From Chrysomallon squamiferum (lineage: Eukaryota; Animalia; Mollusca), in contig CM022673.1 in NCBI GenBank assembly GCA_012295275.1, positions 19,406,001 through 19,470,000 on the forward strand: DNA of 64,000 nt, given 5' to 3'. The notes beneath the pieces were generated by a model. The model made no database searches, was not told the origin of the DNA, and saw nothing but the letters and a program-made list of their open reading frames with translations. Shown here in pieces: positions 29,400 to 41,893 of this stretch; position 1 is the first letter of the stretch; every line of letters starts with the position of its first letter. The position numbers and the translations under genes were made by a program.

Positions 29400-29781
29400 C
29401 ACCTTTGCAGAAGTTTGTGTAATATACTGTATTTCTTTTTAGAACAATGTAAGGACACGGAAAGAAAGAGTAGCAATTGTACTGAAGCTTGTGATACATG
29501 CAAAGGTTATTTTATGCGAAGTGCTTGCGTAATAACAAGCTGCCATGATGGTGAAGATGAACGCTGCGTCTGTGCTAAGAATCTGCTGAGAGACGAATCA
29601 GGAGAATGCATTCCCAAAGAGAACTGCAGCTGTTACGATGACCACGGGAAGGTTGTATCAAAAGAAGACTTGGGAATGCGTAACGGAACATGTCTTGAAT
29701 GGTACCTTTTATTCTGTTTTATTTAAATAAATCACCAGAACAATATCATCATAACATCACTATTATTACCTCAAAAATAAA

Positions 29782-29853
<72 letters not shown>

Positions 29854-31915
29854 TAGATAATGATAAGAATAAGAATAATACCGTCCTGCGGTCGATTTTA
29901 TTATAATGATTGATCTATTAATCTAAACTACAAAACTCTGTGAGTTTTAAATATTGTTTAAAAATTAAATGGTTTTCGGGGTTTTTTTTTTTTTTTTTTT
30001 TTTTTTGTAGTTTCTTTCTTTCAAAAGACACTATTTTAATAAACTACATACTAATATGTTTTATATTTAATTTGTTTTTAAATGTGGCATTTTCTTTTTA
30101 TCAGCATAATCATCGTCATCATTGTCATTAAATTTTCATCATTATCATAATAATAATTATTAATTTTATTATTATTATTTCACAGCAAATGTATAAATCA
30201 CAGATTCGGGTGCGATATCAAAGATGGATGTAAGTATAAAATAATTCTATCATATATTTTTGTACTTGCAATCGATTATTACGTTCTTTCGTTATTAATA
30301 ATGACAACGGTTTAATATTATCGCTTTTAGCATGTAAAGTTATTTCTTTCGTTCTTTCATTATTTATTTCTTCTTTTTTTTCTTTCTTTCTTTCTTTCTT
30401 TCTTTTATTACTATTTCCTTTTTTTTTTTACTATTATAAATTCTTTTATTAGTAATATTAGTATTATAATGGCCTGCCCATATCCTATAACAAAAGAATT
30501 ATAGTTATAGAATTATAGGCCAATTTGGAAATAATACTGACTTTTAACAAATGCTTAATGAAAAAAATAATCAAACCGTAACAGACGACTGCCGTTCAGT
30601 ACTACCTTGGTGAAAAAGATATTTACAAATTACCCACAAATGAAGAAAATTAATTTTAAATAAAGCCAGATATAAACGTTTACAGTTGCGTCTTTTATTC
30701 TATTATTGTATAATTATATATAAAACTAGAGAATCGCACAAGCAGAAAGATTAATAAATATGTATTCGTCCATAGGTTGTGTGTATTCGGCTTGGTCTGC
30801 ATGGAGTACTTGTGATGCCAAATGTAAGAATGTTGGTACAAAATCCAGAACCAGGTATGTTATCTATCTTTCAGAAAACAAAAAAATATATATTATCTCT
30901 CCTTTCCAAACAAATTAAAATAATTCAATATTAAATCATTCTTTTGAAAAATATAATTTTGCTAATATATTCTAAATGTTATTCAACTTTTTTCTTTGAC
31001 ATTTTTAAAGCAAACCTCTTTTTATAATAAATTAAAATCTTATTTAAATATGATAATTAAATTATACACAGCTCTTTGGACTGTATTTTTATAAACGTTT
31101 TAAATGATTATATTAATTATTTCATTTTATATTAATAATTTCCATACCTTTGCGTGCTGCGGTGACTTTAAACTTTAATTATTTTCGTTTTCGAGTACAT
31201 TTCGGACGTTTTTCTAATTCAGTTTTGAATTTTTAAAACAGAATTGTCGTAGATGGAAAATCATGTAATGACACTACTGAAATTGGAATGTGCGAAGGAA
31301 ATTGTCAGTGTAAATACAAAGGTGTATTTTATGATAATGGTGCAACAATTAAAACAGAAAAGAAATGTAAAGAATGGTGCGTAGCTTCTAATGTTAATAA
31401 TAGTAATTTCATAAGGTGCCTGAAAAATATTTATTTGTCTGTTCATAATTCGAGATCTCGATAGATTAGTTGATTTTTAGAGATATCATATGTTCCTTTG
31501 TAGACATTTATTCTAAATGCCATAATGTATGATAAAATCAATTATAATTCAGTGTTATCTTTGAATGAAGAAGATAAATTGATATGTAACTAATACTTGA
31601 ATATGATAACAACGAAAGTTTTATCAGAAATTAATTCAAGGAATTTACGATATTCTCCAGCCTGTAATTACTGTAGTTACATTCAAGTTAAAAAAAATAT
31701 AAATTATTTATTAAATATATTGATAATGAATTATTTTTATCATAATGCTTACTTTTGCAGTGCCTGTATAAATGGAAGCGTATCTTGTAAAGAAACTCCA
31801 GGTAATACAAGAACATCCTTTTTTTCCAAAGTATTATTTATTTATTTATTTTATTTTATTTTATTTTATTTTATTTTATTTTATTTTTTATTGTTGTTGT
31901 TGTGAAACTGTTATA

Positions 31916-31969
<54 letters not shown>

Positions 31970-32462
31970 GTTGTTGTTGTTGTTGTAGTTGATGGCGGAT
32001 ATGGACCTTGGACACCATGGATTGAAGATGATTGTCAAAACAATCATAACTGCAAGGATTATACAAAGAAAAGAACAAGGCAGTGTAATAATCCTGAACC
32101 ACAGTGTAACGGAAAGACTTGTGGCAATGATACAGTGGAAGAACAACCTTGCAGTGACCAACCATGTGAGTCACAATCAAAAATATTATTTTTCCATAAA
32201 CATTCTATTACAAAAGCTATATACGTTTCAGTGCATTTATCGAGCTAAAAAATATATACGTTTCAGTGCATTCATCCAGTCTATGATAGATTTCAATTTT
32301 AATAATCTACCACATCCCCACTCTTCCAGAGCTGAGAACAAAAACTGACAATTTTTAATATGTTTTTGTTTTGACCATGATGTATGATATTATTATTGTA
32401 CTACGTGTCTAATGACTATTCACACTGTATGTATATATATATATGTGTGTGTGTGTATACAT

Positions 32463-32493
<31 letters not shown>

Positions 32494-32498
32494 TACAA

Positions 32499-32529
<31 letters not shown>

Positions 32530-35500
32530 CATACAAATGTTGGAATATGTGCAGGAAATAAGTATCATTTAAAATAAAATATAGTAATTTATATCATCAT
32601 GCTGTCAATCCCCATTCGTATATAATTCATTTGGTTAATAATAATAAATATCTCCAGACATTTGGAATGTTTCGAACTGCACTTGTTCTGTTCAGATACA
32701 AACCCATGACATTTTACACATAATAGATAAAGATTTCATTGTAGTACAGCTGAAAGCTTTACTTTATTGTACACATAATGAATTAGCATTTTGAATCTGA
32801 TATAAGGTTATTTTGGGGGATAAAAAAATGTGTTGATATTTTTATTTGTTTGGGATGTGATGCTGTTCTATTCTTTTTGTTTTGTTTCGTTAGAGGATTT
32901 TGGCAAATAGGGTTGTTATTTTTTTTTAAATTGTTATGTTGTATTCTTTTTTGTTCAAGGTTGCAACGAACCACTTTATACCAAATGGACTGAATGTCCC
33001 GTTCCATGTCATAATGAAAGTGCAAATGAACAGCCTGCCAAGAAAACTCGAGTAAAATATTATGCAGAAGGTGCTAGATGTGGCAAAAATACGACAGAAT
33101 GGGAATACTGCTCTGAACCATGCGACTGTAAGTCCTTTGTATTAAGGCCTTGAGTCATGGAAAAGAAACGTTTTTCAAAAATGTATTTATCACGATATAG
33201 ACTACCCATTCTGATGTGTTATGATTGATATAATTAAGTTTTGAATATGATTTAAAGACTTTTAAACTGAATTTTAAAATAATCTTTTCGGAATTATTGT
33301 TAATACGTGTGTCGATTATCTTATTTTACACACAAACACACACACACACACACACGTGTGTTTCTATATGGGCATGTTTAAATATATAGATTGTGACAAA
33401 AGAGAAAGAACTATATAAATATATATTATTTTGAACAAACTTCAGTTGACTAAATTAAAGTAATCCTTTTGTAGGTGTCAAAGAATACCAGTGGAGTGAC
33501 TGGAGTTCCTGTGATGGTGAATGTGGAATTGTTAATGTTACTCGATCAAGAGGAACCTGGAGCAATCCAAAATGCAAACATCTTAAATCGGTTGATCAAA
33601 AGCCTTGTTTCTCGCATGAATGCAGTACGTTTATGAATTTTATTTTGTAATTTTTGTTTTTATCGTTATTATTCAATTGTATATAACTTTATTTTATTTG
33701 GGTTGTTTTAGAAATTGTGTGGTTGTAATGGAATAGTGCATATGCAGCGAATTATTATTTATTTCAAATAAATGGGTGTTTTTTCAACGTCTCCAAACAT
33801 AAAATAAGTTTTACTTTGTGCATAGAGAGAAACCTTTGTCGGCAAGCATGAGACCATATTTCTGGATTGGTGGATTTCGGGATACAGGCTAAATCTTTAC
33901 TTAAAATATAAAGTAAACAATGAAAATCCAAGAAAGAGACTATTTAGCAGCTACAAATTAATACTTCTAAATAAGGATGTAACTCGCTAAAATTCCTGTA
34001 TAGAAGAGATTTTAACTAGCATGTTCTATTTCTGCTTGTCATTTGTTCATTAAAATAAATGAAAATGAACGTAAATTGAAAAAAAAAAATGGTAATACCA
34101 GTAAGCAGCAACACTTTCACTTGAATTGGCGTCACGGACGCTAAAGCAAAGCTCATTAATTAAAAAGTATCTATTTTTAAAAAGTTACGGTTTTCTTCAT
34201 TTATCCGGATTTCTGGCAGCCGGATAAATCATTCCGTGGCTGTATTTATTTATTAACGATATGATTTTGTTCTCATTTCAAAACAACTAGAAAATAAATT
34301 GAAATTTGATGTTCTAATTTATATTCTTTTAAGAAGTAATATTCTACTTAGGAATATTTAACGAGAAAACATCCTTTTAAAATTTATGTTAAGCTAACGT
34401 GTAAATGGTTTTAGAATAACATGTCGACAAGGATAGTCACTTTTTTGTTTCTTAAAATGTATCTATCATAAATTACAAATTATATATCTTATGCAGTTTT
34501 AGTTCAAGATATTAAAATTTGTGTTAATAATTAAATTAGAATGAATATAATTAATGTTATCAACATTTTAGATTGCACTGAACCAAACACTGTATATACA
34601 AACACAAGTGATTGCGAAAAGACATGTGATAAACGAATCCCATCTGCTTCATGTGGAGAATATTTGAAATCTGGCTGTATTTGTGCTGGAGACATGGTTC
34701 GGAAAAATGGAATCTGTGTTCACCCAAATGAATGTAACAAATGCAAAATCAATGACACAGTATATGAGGTATAGTATTAACATAAAACATATTTCTAAAA
34801 ATGGTACTTCGTATGTTCATGTACACAAATCCGCATACAACAACATGCTCAGATATATGACTAATGTTACGCTACTGATAAAATATAATTCAACATGTGT
34901 GTACAGACATGATGGGAAGCATTGTATATTTCCGCTTCTATGTGTAATCATGTAAAATTGTACATACTGGTAAATCACAACTATTAATATGGTGAACTAC
35001 TAATTATAAAATTTCTATTTCTTGTCTATGCTATTTCAGAATGGACAAGAAATTCCTACAAACAAAAAATGTGAATCATGCAAATGCGAAGGAGGTTATG
35101 AAGTATGTCAGAAAAATTGTCAAGATAAGATGAAATGTAGTTCTGTAAGTATTTTCTTTTTAGATGTAATAATAGTAATGTTATAAAATTATTCCTGATA
35201 TATATCAAAATAACCTTTTCTCAAATGAAGATAAACAGAACTTTATTTATTTATTTTTATTTTGTTTTAGGAAAAACATCTTTTTATATAATCAAATGAA
35301 CAAATGACAGTAAAATAATCAAATTTAATAAATAATCTATAATGCACATCATTTTGTTTTATGATTCCTTCTTTTTTGTTGTGAAAATCTTCAAAACATT
35401 ACATATTCACTGTTATCTTAATAGGGGCCTTTCATAGATTTTTATTTACTGTTATAATCTAGGGAGAAGAATCACACTTTGATGGCTGCTGCTGGACATG

Positions 35501-35789
35501 CCGACCAGTTGAATCTACCTGTCAGAAAATGGAAAAAAATTCTACTATTAAAATACCTAACTGCAAAGAAGAATACAAAGTTTTGGTAGATTATTGTGGA
35601 GGCGGCTGTGGATATGCAGAGACTAAGATGAATCCAATTACAGGAGAAATAACCTCAACTTGCAAGTGCTGTGCCCCACTGAAGTACAGGACAATATCAA
35701 AGCCAATCAAATGTGATAATGGAGAAACAAGAAATATTTCATTTATGGTTATCGAAGCATGCAAGTGTAATGCATGCCCTGTCAAATAG
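163..35789 (+). CDS. Multi-exon mucin / SCO-spondin-like secreted glycoprotein, 3' portion (5' end lies upstream of the window)
   Basis: Chain of GT-AG exons with compatible phases from 163 to TAG at 35787-35789 (apart from two 1-nt indels in repeat units); PTS-rich exons followed by TSP1, TIL, VWC-like and an 11-Cys C-terminal cystine knot. Confidence 0.88.
1947..3436 (+). CDS. Unit 2 exons A 1947-2143, B 2339-2489, C 3299-3436 (162-aa module)
   Basis: 197+151+138=486 nt, phases 1-0-1-1; GCGKDMSPVSP…DKN/VNGKLQ…EVMACQK/VSSTTTPTVG…TTPI. Confidence 0.85.
3722..5211 (+). CDS. Unit 3 exons A 3722-3918, B 4114-4264, C 5074-5211
   Basis: Same splice sites and frame as unit 2. Confidence 0.85.
5497..6990 (+). 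CDS. Unit 4 exons A 5497-5693, B 5889-6039, C 6853-6990
   Basis: Same splice sites and frame as unit 2. Confidence 0.85.
7276..8766 (+). CDS. Unit 5 exons A 7276-7472, B 7668-7818, C 8629-8766
   Basis: Same splice sites and frame as unit 2. Confidence 0.85.
9053..10598 (+). CDS. Unit 6 exons A 9053-9250 (extra T, frameshift), B 9446-9596, extended PTS exon 10410-10598
   Basis: Exon A is 198 nt (CCTGTTTTCACC vs CCTGTTTCACC); last exon is 189 nt, phase 1-1, ends ACAG/GTATGA. Confidence 0.75.
10840..10933 (+). pseudogene. Degenerate pseudo-exon copy of PTS exon D (left flank of the 788-bp array)
   Basis: AATCCAACAG/GC AGA TGA gives an immediate in-frame stop; the rest aligns to exon D with many substitutions. 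Confidence 0.65.
11473..11568 (+). CDS. PTS exon D (first copy; repeated in 19 units): GTPPTAATTGPSVTPTSAVLSTTTVPFVTSVS
   Basis: CCAACAG/GC…GTGTCAG/GTACGG; 96 nt, phase 1-1, no stops. Confidence 0.8.
11813..11893 (+). CDS. PTS exon E (first copy; repeated 20 times): VPTSS(L/V)VSTVVPTSTVPSISVSGTVVS
   Basis: TTTTCTTTTTAG/TT…TTTCAG/GTAAAT; 81 nt, phase 1-1. Confidence 0.85.
26360..26440 (+). CDS. Last PTS exon E copy (VPASSVVSTVVPISTVPSVSVSGTVVS)
   Basis: Intact acceptor and CAG/GTAACT donor; the preceding exon D was removed by a deletion joining AAAATAATGAT to GAAAGCCG at ~26305. Confidence 0.75.
26791..26885 (+). pseudogene. Degenerate exon D copy ending in in-frame TGA with donor lost (right flank)
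   Basis: AATCCAACAG/GT ATA TCA CCA ACT…ACT AAT GTG TGA. Confidence 0.65.
27628..27680. repeat. (CA)n microsatellite
   Basis: Uninterrupted AC run. Confidence 0.95.
28287..28454 (+). CDS. TSP1-type exon (CWEAWGSWQGTC…RTRTRAC)
   Basis: WxxWxxW and RxRxR motifs; TTTTAG/…TCTG/GTAAAT; 168 nt, phase 1-1. Confidence 0.88.
29443..29701 (+). CDS. TIL-like domain plus start of VWC-like repeat
   Basis: C…C…CDTC…C…C…CVC…GECIPKENCSC; phase 1-2. Confidence 0.85.
30186..30229 (+). CDS. VWC-like small exon (CKCINHRFGCDIKDG)
   Basis: CACAG/…GAT/GTAAGT; phase 2-1 matches neighbouring exons. Confidence 0.8.
30776..30854 (+). CDS. TSP1 exon (CCVYSAWSAWSTCDAKC…SRTR)
   Basis: WSxWSxC motif; CATAG/…CCAG/GTATGT. 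Confidence 0.88.
31242..31376 (+). CDS. End of TSP1 plus VWC-like start (CQCKYKGVFYDNGATIKTEKKCKEC)
   Basis: Phase 2-2; CxYxGxxYxxG pattern. Confidence 0.82.
31761..31801 (+). CDS. VWC-like small exon (CACINGSVSCKETP)
   Basis: TTTTGCAG/…CCAG/GTAATA; phase 2-1. Confidence 0.8.
31989..32165 (+). CDS. TSP1 exon (VDGGYGPWTPW…RTRQCNNPEPQCNGKTC)
   Basis: Canonical TSP1 motif; donor CAT/GTGAGT. Confidence 0.9.
32960..33127 (+). CDS. TSP1-like exon (CCNEPLYTKWTECPVPC…)
   Basis: Phase 1-1, 168 nt, donor GACT/GTAAGT. Confidence 0.82.
33475..33624 (+). CDS. TSP1 exon (WSDWSSCDGECG…TRSR)
   Basis: WSxWSxCxxxCG motif; phase 1-1. Confidence 0.9.
34572..34768 (+). CDS. TIL domain exon (CEKTC…SGCICAGDMVRKNGICVHPNEC)
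   Basis: TIL cysteine spacing; phase 1-0. Confidence 0.88.
35040..35144 (+). CDS. VWC-like exon (KCESCKCEGGYEVC)
   Basis: TTTCAG/…TCT/GTAAGT; phase 0-0. Confidence 0.85.
35463..35789 (+). CDS. Last coding exon: end of VWC (GCCWTC) and C-terminal cystine knot (CTCK)
   Basis: CxGxC, CxCC and CxCxxC motifs; 11 Cys as in vWF/gel-forming mucin CTCK; TAG stop. Confidence 0.92.
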   Translation, partial: GEESHFDGCCWTCRPVESTCQKMEKNSTIKIPNCKEEYKVLVDYCGGGCGYAETKMNPITGEITSTCKCCAPLKYRTISKPIKCDNGETRNISFMVIEACKCNACPVK

Positions 35790-36688
35790 GTATGTTAAAA
35801 TGTTTAAACATTTCTCACAAGAGCAGAGGCTTGTAGCTTTCAGTTAAATTATTTTTTTTATACAGATCATATTGACAGATAAAAGTTTGTAATTCCTTAA
35901 AACTATACGTCATAAACTAATGAGCTGCAACTGAAAGCATTATCATTAAGTTTTCAGATAATATTTTGGTGGAATTCTACAATATTTGCACACCTTAGAA
36001 AATGTTCATGCCTGTTATTTTTATATCTCGTCAAAAAAAGGTGCCCCAGATATGACTTCAGTCGGACTGTTACTACAAAGAATAGTGAAGTTTAGAGTTG
36101 CAGTGTACTACTATACCTGAGTGTCCTGGTGATATCTCAGATAGTAACAGTATCGGATTGGATGAGAGTAGGGTTTTCTGTTAATTTTGATTTTCCTACC
36201 AAATTAATGTATATATCAAACAGTTTAATATGTTATTCTTAAGTCGAGACGTTGTAGTTAAATTTATTTTCAAAAATATATTTTTTAAATTGTTGTTACA
36301 TATTAAGGAACAATTTTGCTGAAGAAAGTATCAGAGATTACCCTGCTTGTGAAAAGCCCTAATAAAAGTTCAACTTCAGGACACAAAAATGTTGTTCCGC
36401 CACTGCTTGAATATATTAAAAGATAATTTGCTGCATATAATGGTGTGTGAGTTGAAAACAAACATTTCAGCAATAAAATGATGGTAAAGATGAAAAAACC
36501 TTAGGGTATGGTTCACATGACGTAGAGAAACGACAATTTCAGCATTAATCATTTCCCGAAGGGTCCGGTAATTACGATATCTCTGTTTAATATTTGGTGT
36601 CTCATTCCAGTGATGTTATCATCTTCTGTAATATTTATCTCGCCACTTTCAAGTCATTATATAATAGGATAATAATCAGGTATAATTA

Positions 36689-37315
36689 GGGGAAGCGTAC
36701 GTATATCGAACCTGTACGTATATTGAACGTCAGGCATTTCTCAGCCTCTGATTGTTCGATAGGTTTTTTGCCACAAACTGTGTACTACCTCGGTCGACAT
36801 CGTGCATTTTGTGACATTAAAGATAGCGGCGGGTCAACCGACTCGAAAAAAGTGAAGACAAATCGTATTTCGTTCATTTAAATGTAACTTTTTTGCTGTT
36901 GTTGTAGGTGTGAAGTGCTGGTAAGTGCATATGTAGGATATTATATATTTGTAGGTTAGGGTATAGTCAGTCTTTGCATAAGAGGATCGAAAATGAATTT
37001 CACGCCGCGTCCGGAAAATTACATGCGGATATTTTTATATTTAGTGCGCTATATTGAACCGCCAGTCGAAATATTGCGGCATTTGGCCCTGCAACCAACA
37101 TATGTGGTTTGATGCTGATTATGCAGCTGCAGCCTGATTTGAATGGAAAGTTCAGATACAGGCTCCGAACAAGATAACTTATTTTTTCTTACTTTTTGAG
37201 TATGTAAGGGCATCTAACATCTATCAACTATGACTAGACTGATCTTCATTGATTCCATCTGGACTGGGCAAATGAAGGTCAGAGGTCAGGGGGTTCAATA
37301 TACGAACACTTTCCA
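36689..37315. mobile_element. MITE (Tc1/mariner-pogo-like), ~627 bp
   Basis: Imperfect ~23-bp TIRs GGGAAGCGTACGTATATCGAACC / GGTTCAATATACGAACACTTTCC with TA on both sides; no ORF. Confidence 0.6.
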
Positions 37316-37710
37316 TAACAGGCTAGACTAGAAAATAGACAAACATATATATCTGATTTTTGTTCACGTAAAAAGAAACTGCTCGAGCTAACAGAACTCT
37401 TTAGATGAAATCTTTCATTTATATATTGTTGCATTTGTTGATGATAAATGTTGTATTTTGCAAAATGTATTATATATTAAATCTGTTATGGTGATTGAAT
37501 TAGACGTGTTAAAGCTAGCCGACTTCCGAATAAAAATAAACAACTTCCACAAATGTACCTTTATAACGTATATTGTTATAACGTATCAATGAAGTTTATC
37601 ATACATACATATATACATATTACTATTACTACTACTACTACCAGTAATAATAATAAAAATAATAAAAATAAAGACAATAATAATAATAATAATAATAATT
37701 TATTTTTCAG

Positions 37711-37885
37711 ATTCACCGTACTATGATCTGGATTTGTCTTGCCTTAAGAAGAATTTGACGCTTTCCCATTAGTGTATTTTATGGATATTTAATCAATTGT
37801 CCATTTGTGTATAGCATGACATTATTTCAAATATATATTGTTGATATGGTTACTATTGTAATAAATTAATCTTCAACTGCATATA
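37711..37885 (+). other. Candidate non-coding 3' UTR exon of the mucin-like gene
   Basis: Donor GTATGT directly after the stop at 35790; acceptor TATTTTTCAG at 37710; AATAAA at ~37860. Confidence 0.4.
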
Positions 37886-39518
37886 TTTACATTGTTTTTA
37901 AATGTGAGTGTGGATGTGTGTGTGTAAGAAATGGTCAAATAAAGAACATATTAAGTCAGCTTTGAAATATATGATGCGTGTGTTTGTCTGTCTGTATGTA
38001 TGTAATTTTAGATGCATCTGATACAATTTAGAGATTTTCAAGGAATTCCCAATTAAATTATATTTCTGGAAAATAAGATGAAAATAATGAAACCGTGACT
38101 AAATCGTTTCTGTCTGTTAACATGTTATTTTTCAATATAAGTATTTTATTTCATTTTTATTTAATTGTATTTATAGATACATATATAATAACGACAGTTT
38201 TCTTTTCTTTTCTCGTTCACTAATTATTTCCTAATCAGTGATTAGCACATAAAATAAATTGGGTACATTTTCAAACAGCATAAATATTTTGAAATTGATA
38301 TAGAACCATATTTATACATTTATTGGCAATTCAAATGCTTATTAGGTGCCCGTTCAATCGCCGGTCATCCCGTATGTTAGAATGTTTGATTCAGCAGATC
38401 TTTCACTACACTTATAAAAGAACTAACCTAAGCTTTAATCAAGAAAAGATTGAAACGAAAACTCTGCATAACAATTCCATGTCAAGAGTAATACAAAACA
38501 GAACATTTAATACTAGGAAGGGGATGTGCACAATACGACCTGAATGAACTATACATTTTTACTTTTTGCACGAAACTTAGCAATTATTGTTAAAAATAAC
38601 GAAACCGTAAATGTAATGACACATACAGAGAGGAAACACTCGACGGATGCTGGCGAATAATAAAATATTTTTGCTCCCAGATCTCTGAATCATAATTATT
38701 CCAGACTTGTATAATCATGGATAGTGTGTAGGTATGCAGTTGTGACTGCTGTGAAGCGGCAGCGCAACGTGTGAAATTTCGATTGTGTACATCAGCTACA
38801 TACAATACAATGACTGGATATGTTTTAAGAAGTTAGATTGGTTGTCCAAAGTAATGCAAATGCCCATAATAACTGGAAGGCGGGAAGGTGGCTAGTTAAT
38901 TATATCAAGACCATATTATTTGTATATTTATAATCTAACTAATCGGTGCTCAAAGTTGTATGAATAGCGGCTATGATAGGGATTGCAAATTCAATTTTTT
39001 TTTTTTTTTTTTTTCAAGTAAACAGAAGATCATCTAAACAATGAGAAACATGTCTTTCTCGCAACTTAAGACAGCCAACCCACTATAGTGCCATACTTAA
39101 TTCCTCAAAGATCATACAGCTTTCTGCTAAACCTACTGGAAGGCATTTATCATACTAAATTTATTGTTCCATTTAAAGCCTTACATCCATATAGTGGATG
39201 AAATGGAATGATCCAGAAAGCAGAATTAATTTCGATCAATATCGTTTTATTTGCTGCCCGCGACTGACAGAAGTACAGATCACTGGACTGCCAATCAGCT
39301 TGTCTGACAATCAAGCTCTTGATAAGGGTCACATACATCAGAAAGTGCCACAAGGATTGTACTTTTTAATTTTTTAATTTTTACAATGAACTGCCAATAA
39401 AACATTAAAATTAGAGGACCAAGTATCCAACAACGTGGAAATCAATAAAAATGGATCAGTTTTTACAGTCGGCAAACGAGCCATTTACCCACAGCTGTTT
39501 GCATAGGAGAACCTCCTT

Positions 39519-39562
<44 letters not shown>

Positions 39563-39599
39563 TATTTTATTAATGTTTTTTTTTTTTTTCTCTTTTTTA

Positions 39600-39612
39600 A
39601 ATTATTATTATC

Positions 39613-39690
<78 letters not shown>
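39600..39690. repeat. (ATT)n microsatellite (similar tracts at ~28140, 29105, 29360, 29800, 31915)
   Basis: Direct trinucleotide runs. Confidence 0.95.
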
Positions 39691-39692
<2 letters not shown>

Positions 39693-41860
39693 AAAATAAG
39701 TGAATCTAACAAAAGAAATTCTGCTTGGAACTCTTAAAAACTTTATTACAGCATGTATGAATCCAGCGTTAATGAGCATTAAGAATACTGACTACACACT
39801 GAAATTAAGAAAAGCGTGAACCACTGCAAAAACAGGTCATTGCCTCTAAATCAGTATATGGCAGCAGAAAACAGTGTAATTATACCAAATTGTAACCTAA
39901 ATATGTGGAGTGTAAAAATTCTCGCGCCGATGAAAGGAAAATAAAATTAAACCCTATCCTCTGAAAAACTTAAATCAAAACAGGTCTGTAGACGCATCCG
40001 AAAAACGGCAACTCTCCGAGTAGACTGACCTGGATATTTGTCCACCATTAATACTGAAACAAAAATTAAATTTCGAAATACTGGTGCTTATAAAATAAAA
40101 TATAATTTAAGAAAATAATAATAATAAAAAGGCAGATTTCAGAGGAAAAGCTAAATACCAGTTTAAATTACATTAAAAATCTCTACTTACTAAACAGAGA
40201 TGACTGTTGCTTACAGATTTGTTAAGTGGCCAATTCACCCTCGATTTTGTAGAAATTTGGTATATAGTTTGGACTTCACATAACTAGCCCAAACCTCAAA
40301 CATCATACCTCTGATTTTTTCATATTTTACAAGTGACTTGAGATCATTTTAAGATCATGTAAGCCCCAAGGCCAAATACAAGGTCAAACAAAAGATCAAG
40401 TCGTTGGTTACCAAGATATAAGTGTCTAGTAAGTGGCCGTCACATCTATTTTTTGTCAAAAGGCAATAATTCCAAGGCCCATGTCTCCAAACTACTGTTC
40501 CGATTTAACTAAAATTTGCTGAGGTGAAACCCACTAGGTGATTGTACGTGGGATGATCCTTTTCTTTTCGGACCGCACGATTTCTTGACTCACCGGAACC
40601 TGGCGAATAATATATTTTTTCTACTTGATCGGTAGTTATTTCTTTTGTAGGTAGATACATTTTATCTACCTAAATTATGAGGCAAAAATCTTGGAAATTC
40701 AAAATCTAATTGTCTGTAATTAAAAAATTAACTGTTTCGGCCTGAATAACAGATTAAAAAACGTTAATGTTAGGGAAAGAAAATGCATTCAGTCTAGACA
40801 CAGAGAAACGTAACAAAAAAGCTGTAATTCATTCGGCAGAATAAGCCTTAAATTAAAACATCATTTAATAATATACAGAACTAAGAAAAAGGATGTATTA
40901 AAATGATAAGTATAGATACAAAATGTGTTTCAATCAGCTTAAAATGGGATTGTCTTTTGGAGTCAACTATAGCTAGGCCTATTTAAAAATAGATTACCTT
41001 TTCGTTTCGGTTACAGTCCGGTATGACGGTAAAATACGTATACAGGGTAAATCAATGTTAAATAAAGACGTCAGAAATTATGAGATTGTTTTAAATAAAA
41101 CTATTGATTGATGAAGAGTTTTTATACAACGAACAATTTATAGAAAATTATCGTGCAACTACGAATTTCAAGTCGTTTAAATCATCTTAGTTTCAAAAGA
41201 TAAATAACAAATTTTTCCGTTCTAAGCTAAAATACATAACAAAATCAAAAAAGAGATTCAGTAACATATATTCCGTTCTAAACTGTAGGAAAGCGAAGAT
41301 AAAATAAGCGTAAACAACCCAATTTAATACTGATTAATAATGAAGCCCTTCATCGGGTTTTAGAAGCAAGTACGTCACTGTGGACAGGTCACTATGTTGC
41401 ATCCATGCAATATGAACATTCTGCAATATCCATCCAGTAACCACAGAACATCTACATAATGCACAACATTTATGAACGTAGTACTTACAACATTATACAC
41501 ACGAATTAATTTGCGAATTAATCCTAGTTAGGATATTTTGCTAATTACACACAAAACAATACCATTAACTTAGTGCAGAATAGATAAACAAAATTATTAA
41601 TAACTCTGGCATCTTTATCGATAGTTAATTTTTAATATCAATCCTGAAAAGTTACATGTACGTTTTATCTCCATACTTTCTATAAAGTTTGTAATACAAA
41701 TTTCTGCCGCCATGTTATCAGTTTAAATCATCATAATTTGTTAATCTGACATTACTATTAGTGTCAAATAGTTCCTATTTTTGACGCAAAATCTATATGT
41801 GAATGAAAAAACAATGCATAAATGGTTTCATGTTTTTATTATTTTATTTTTTATTTCTTT

Positions 41861-41893
<33 letters not shown>

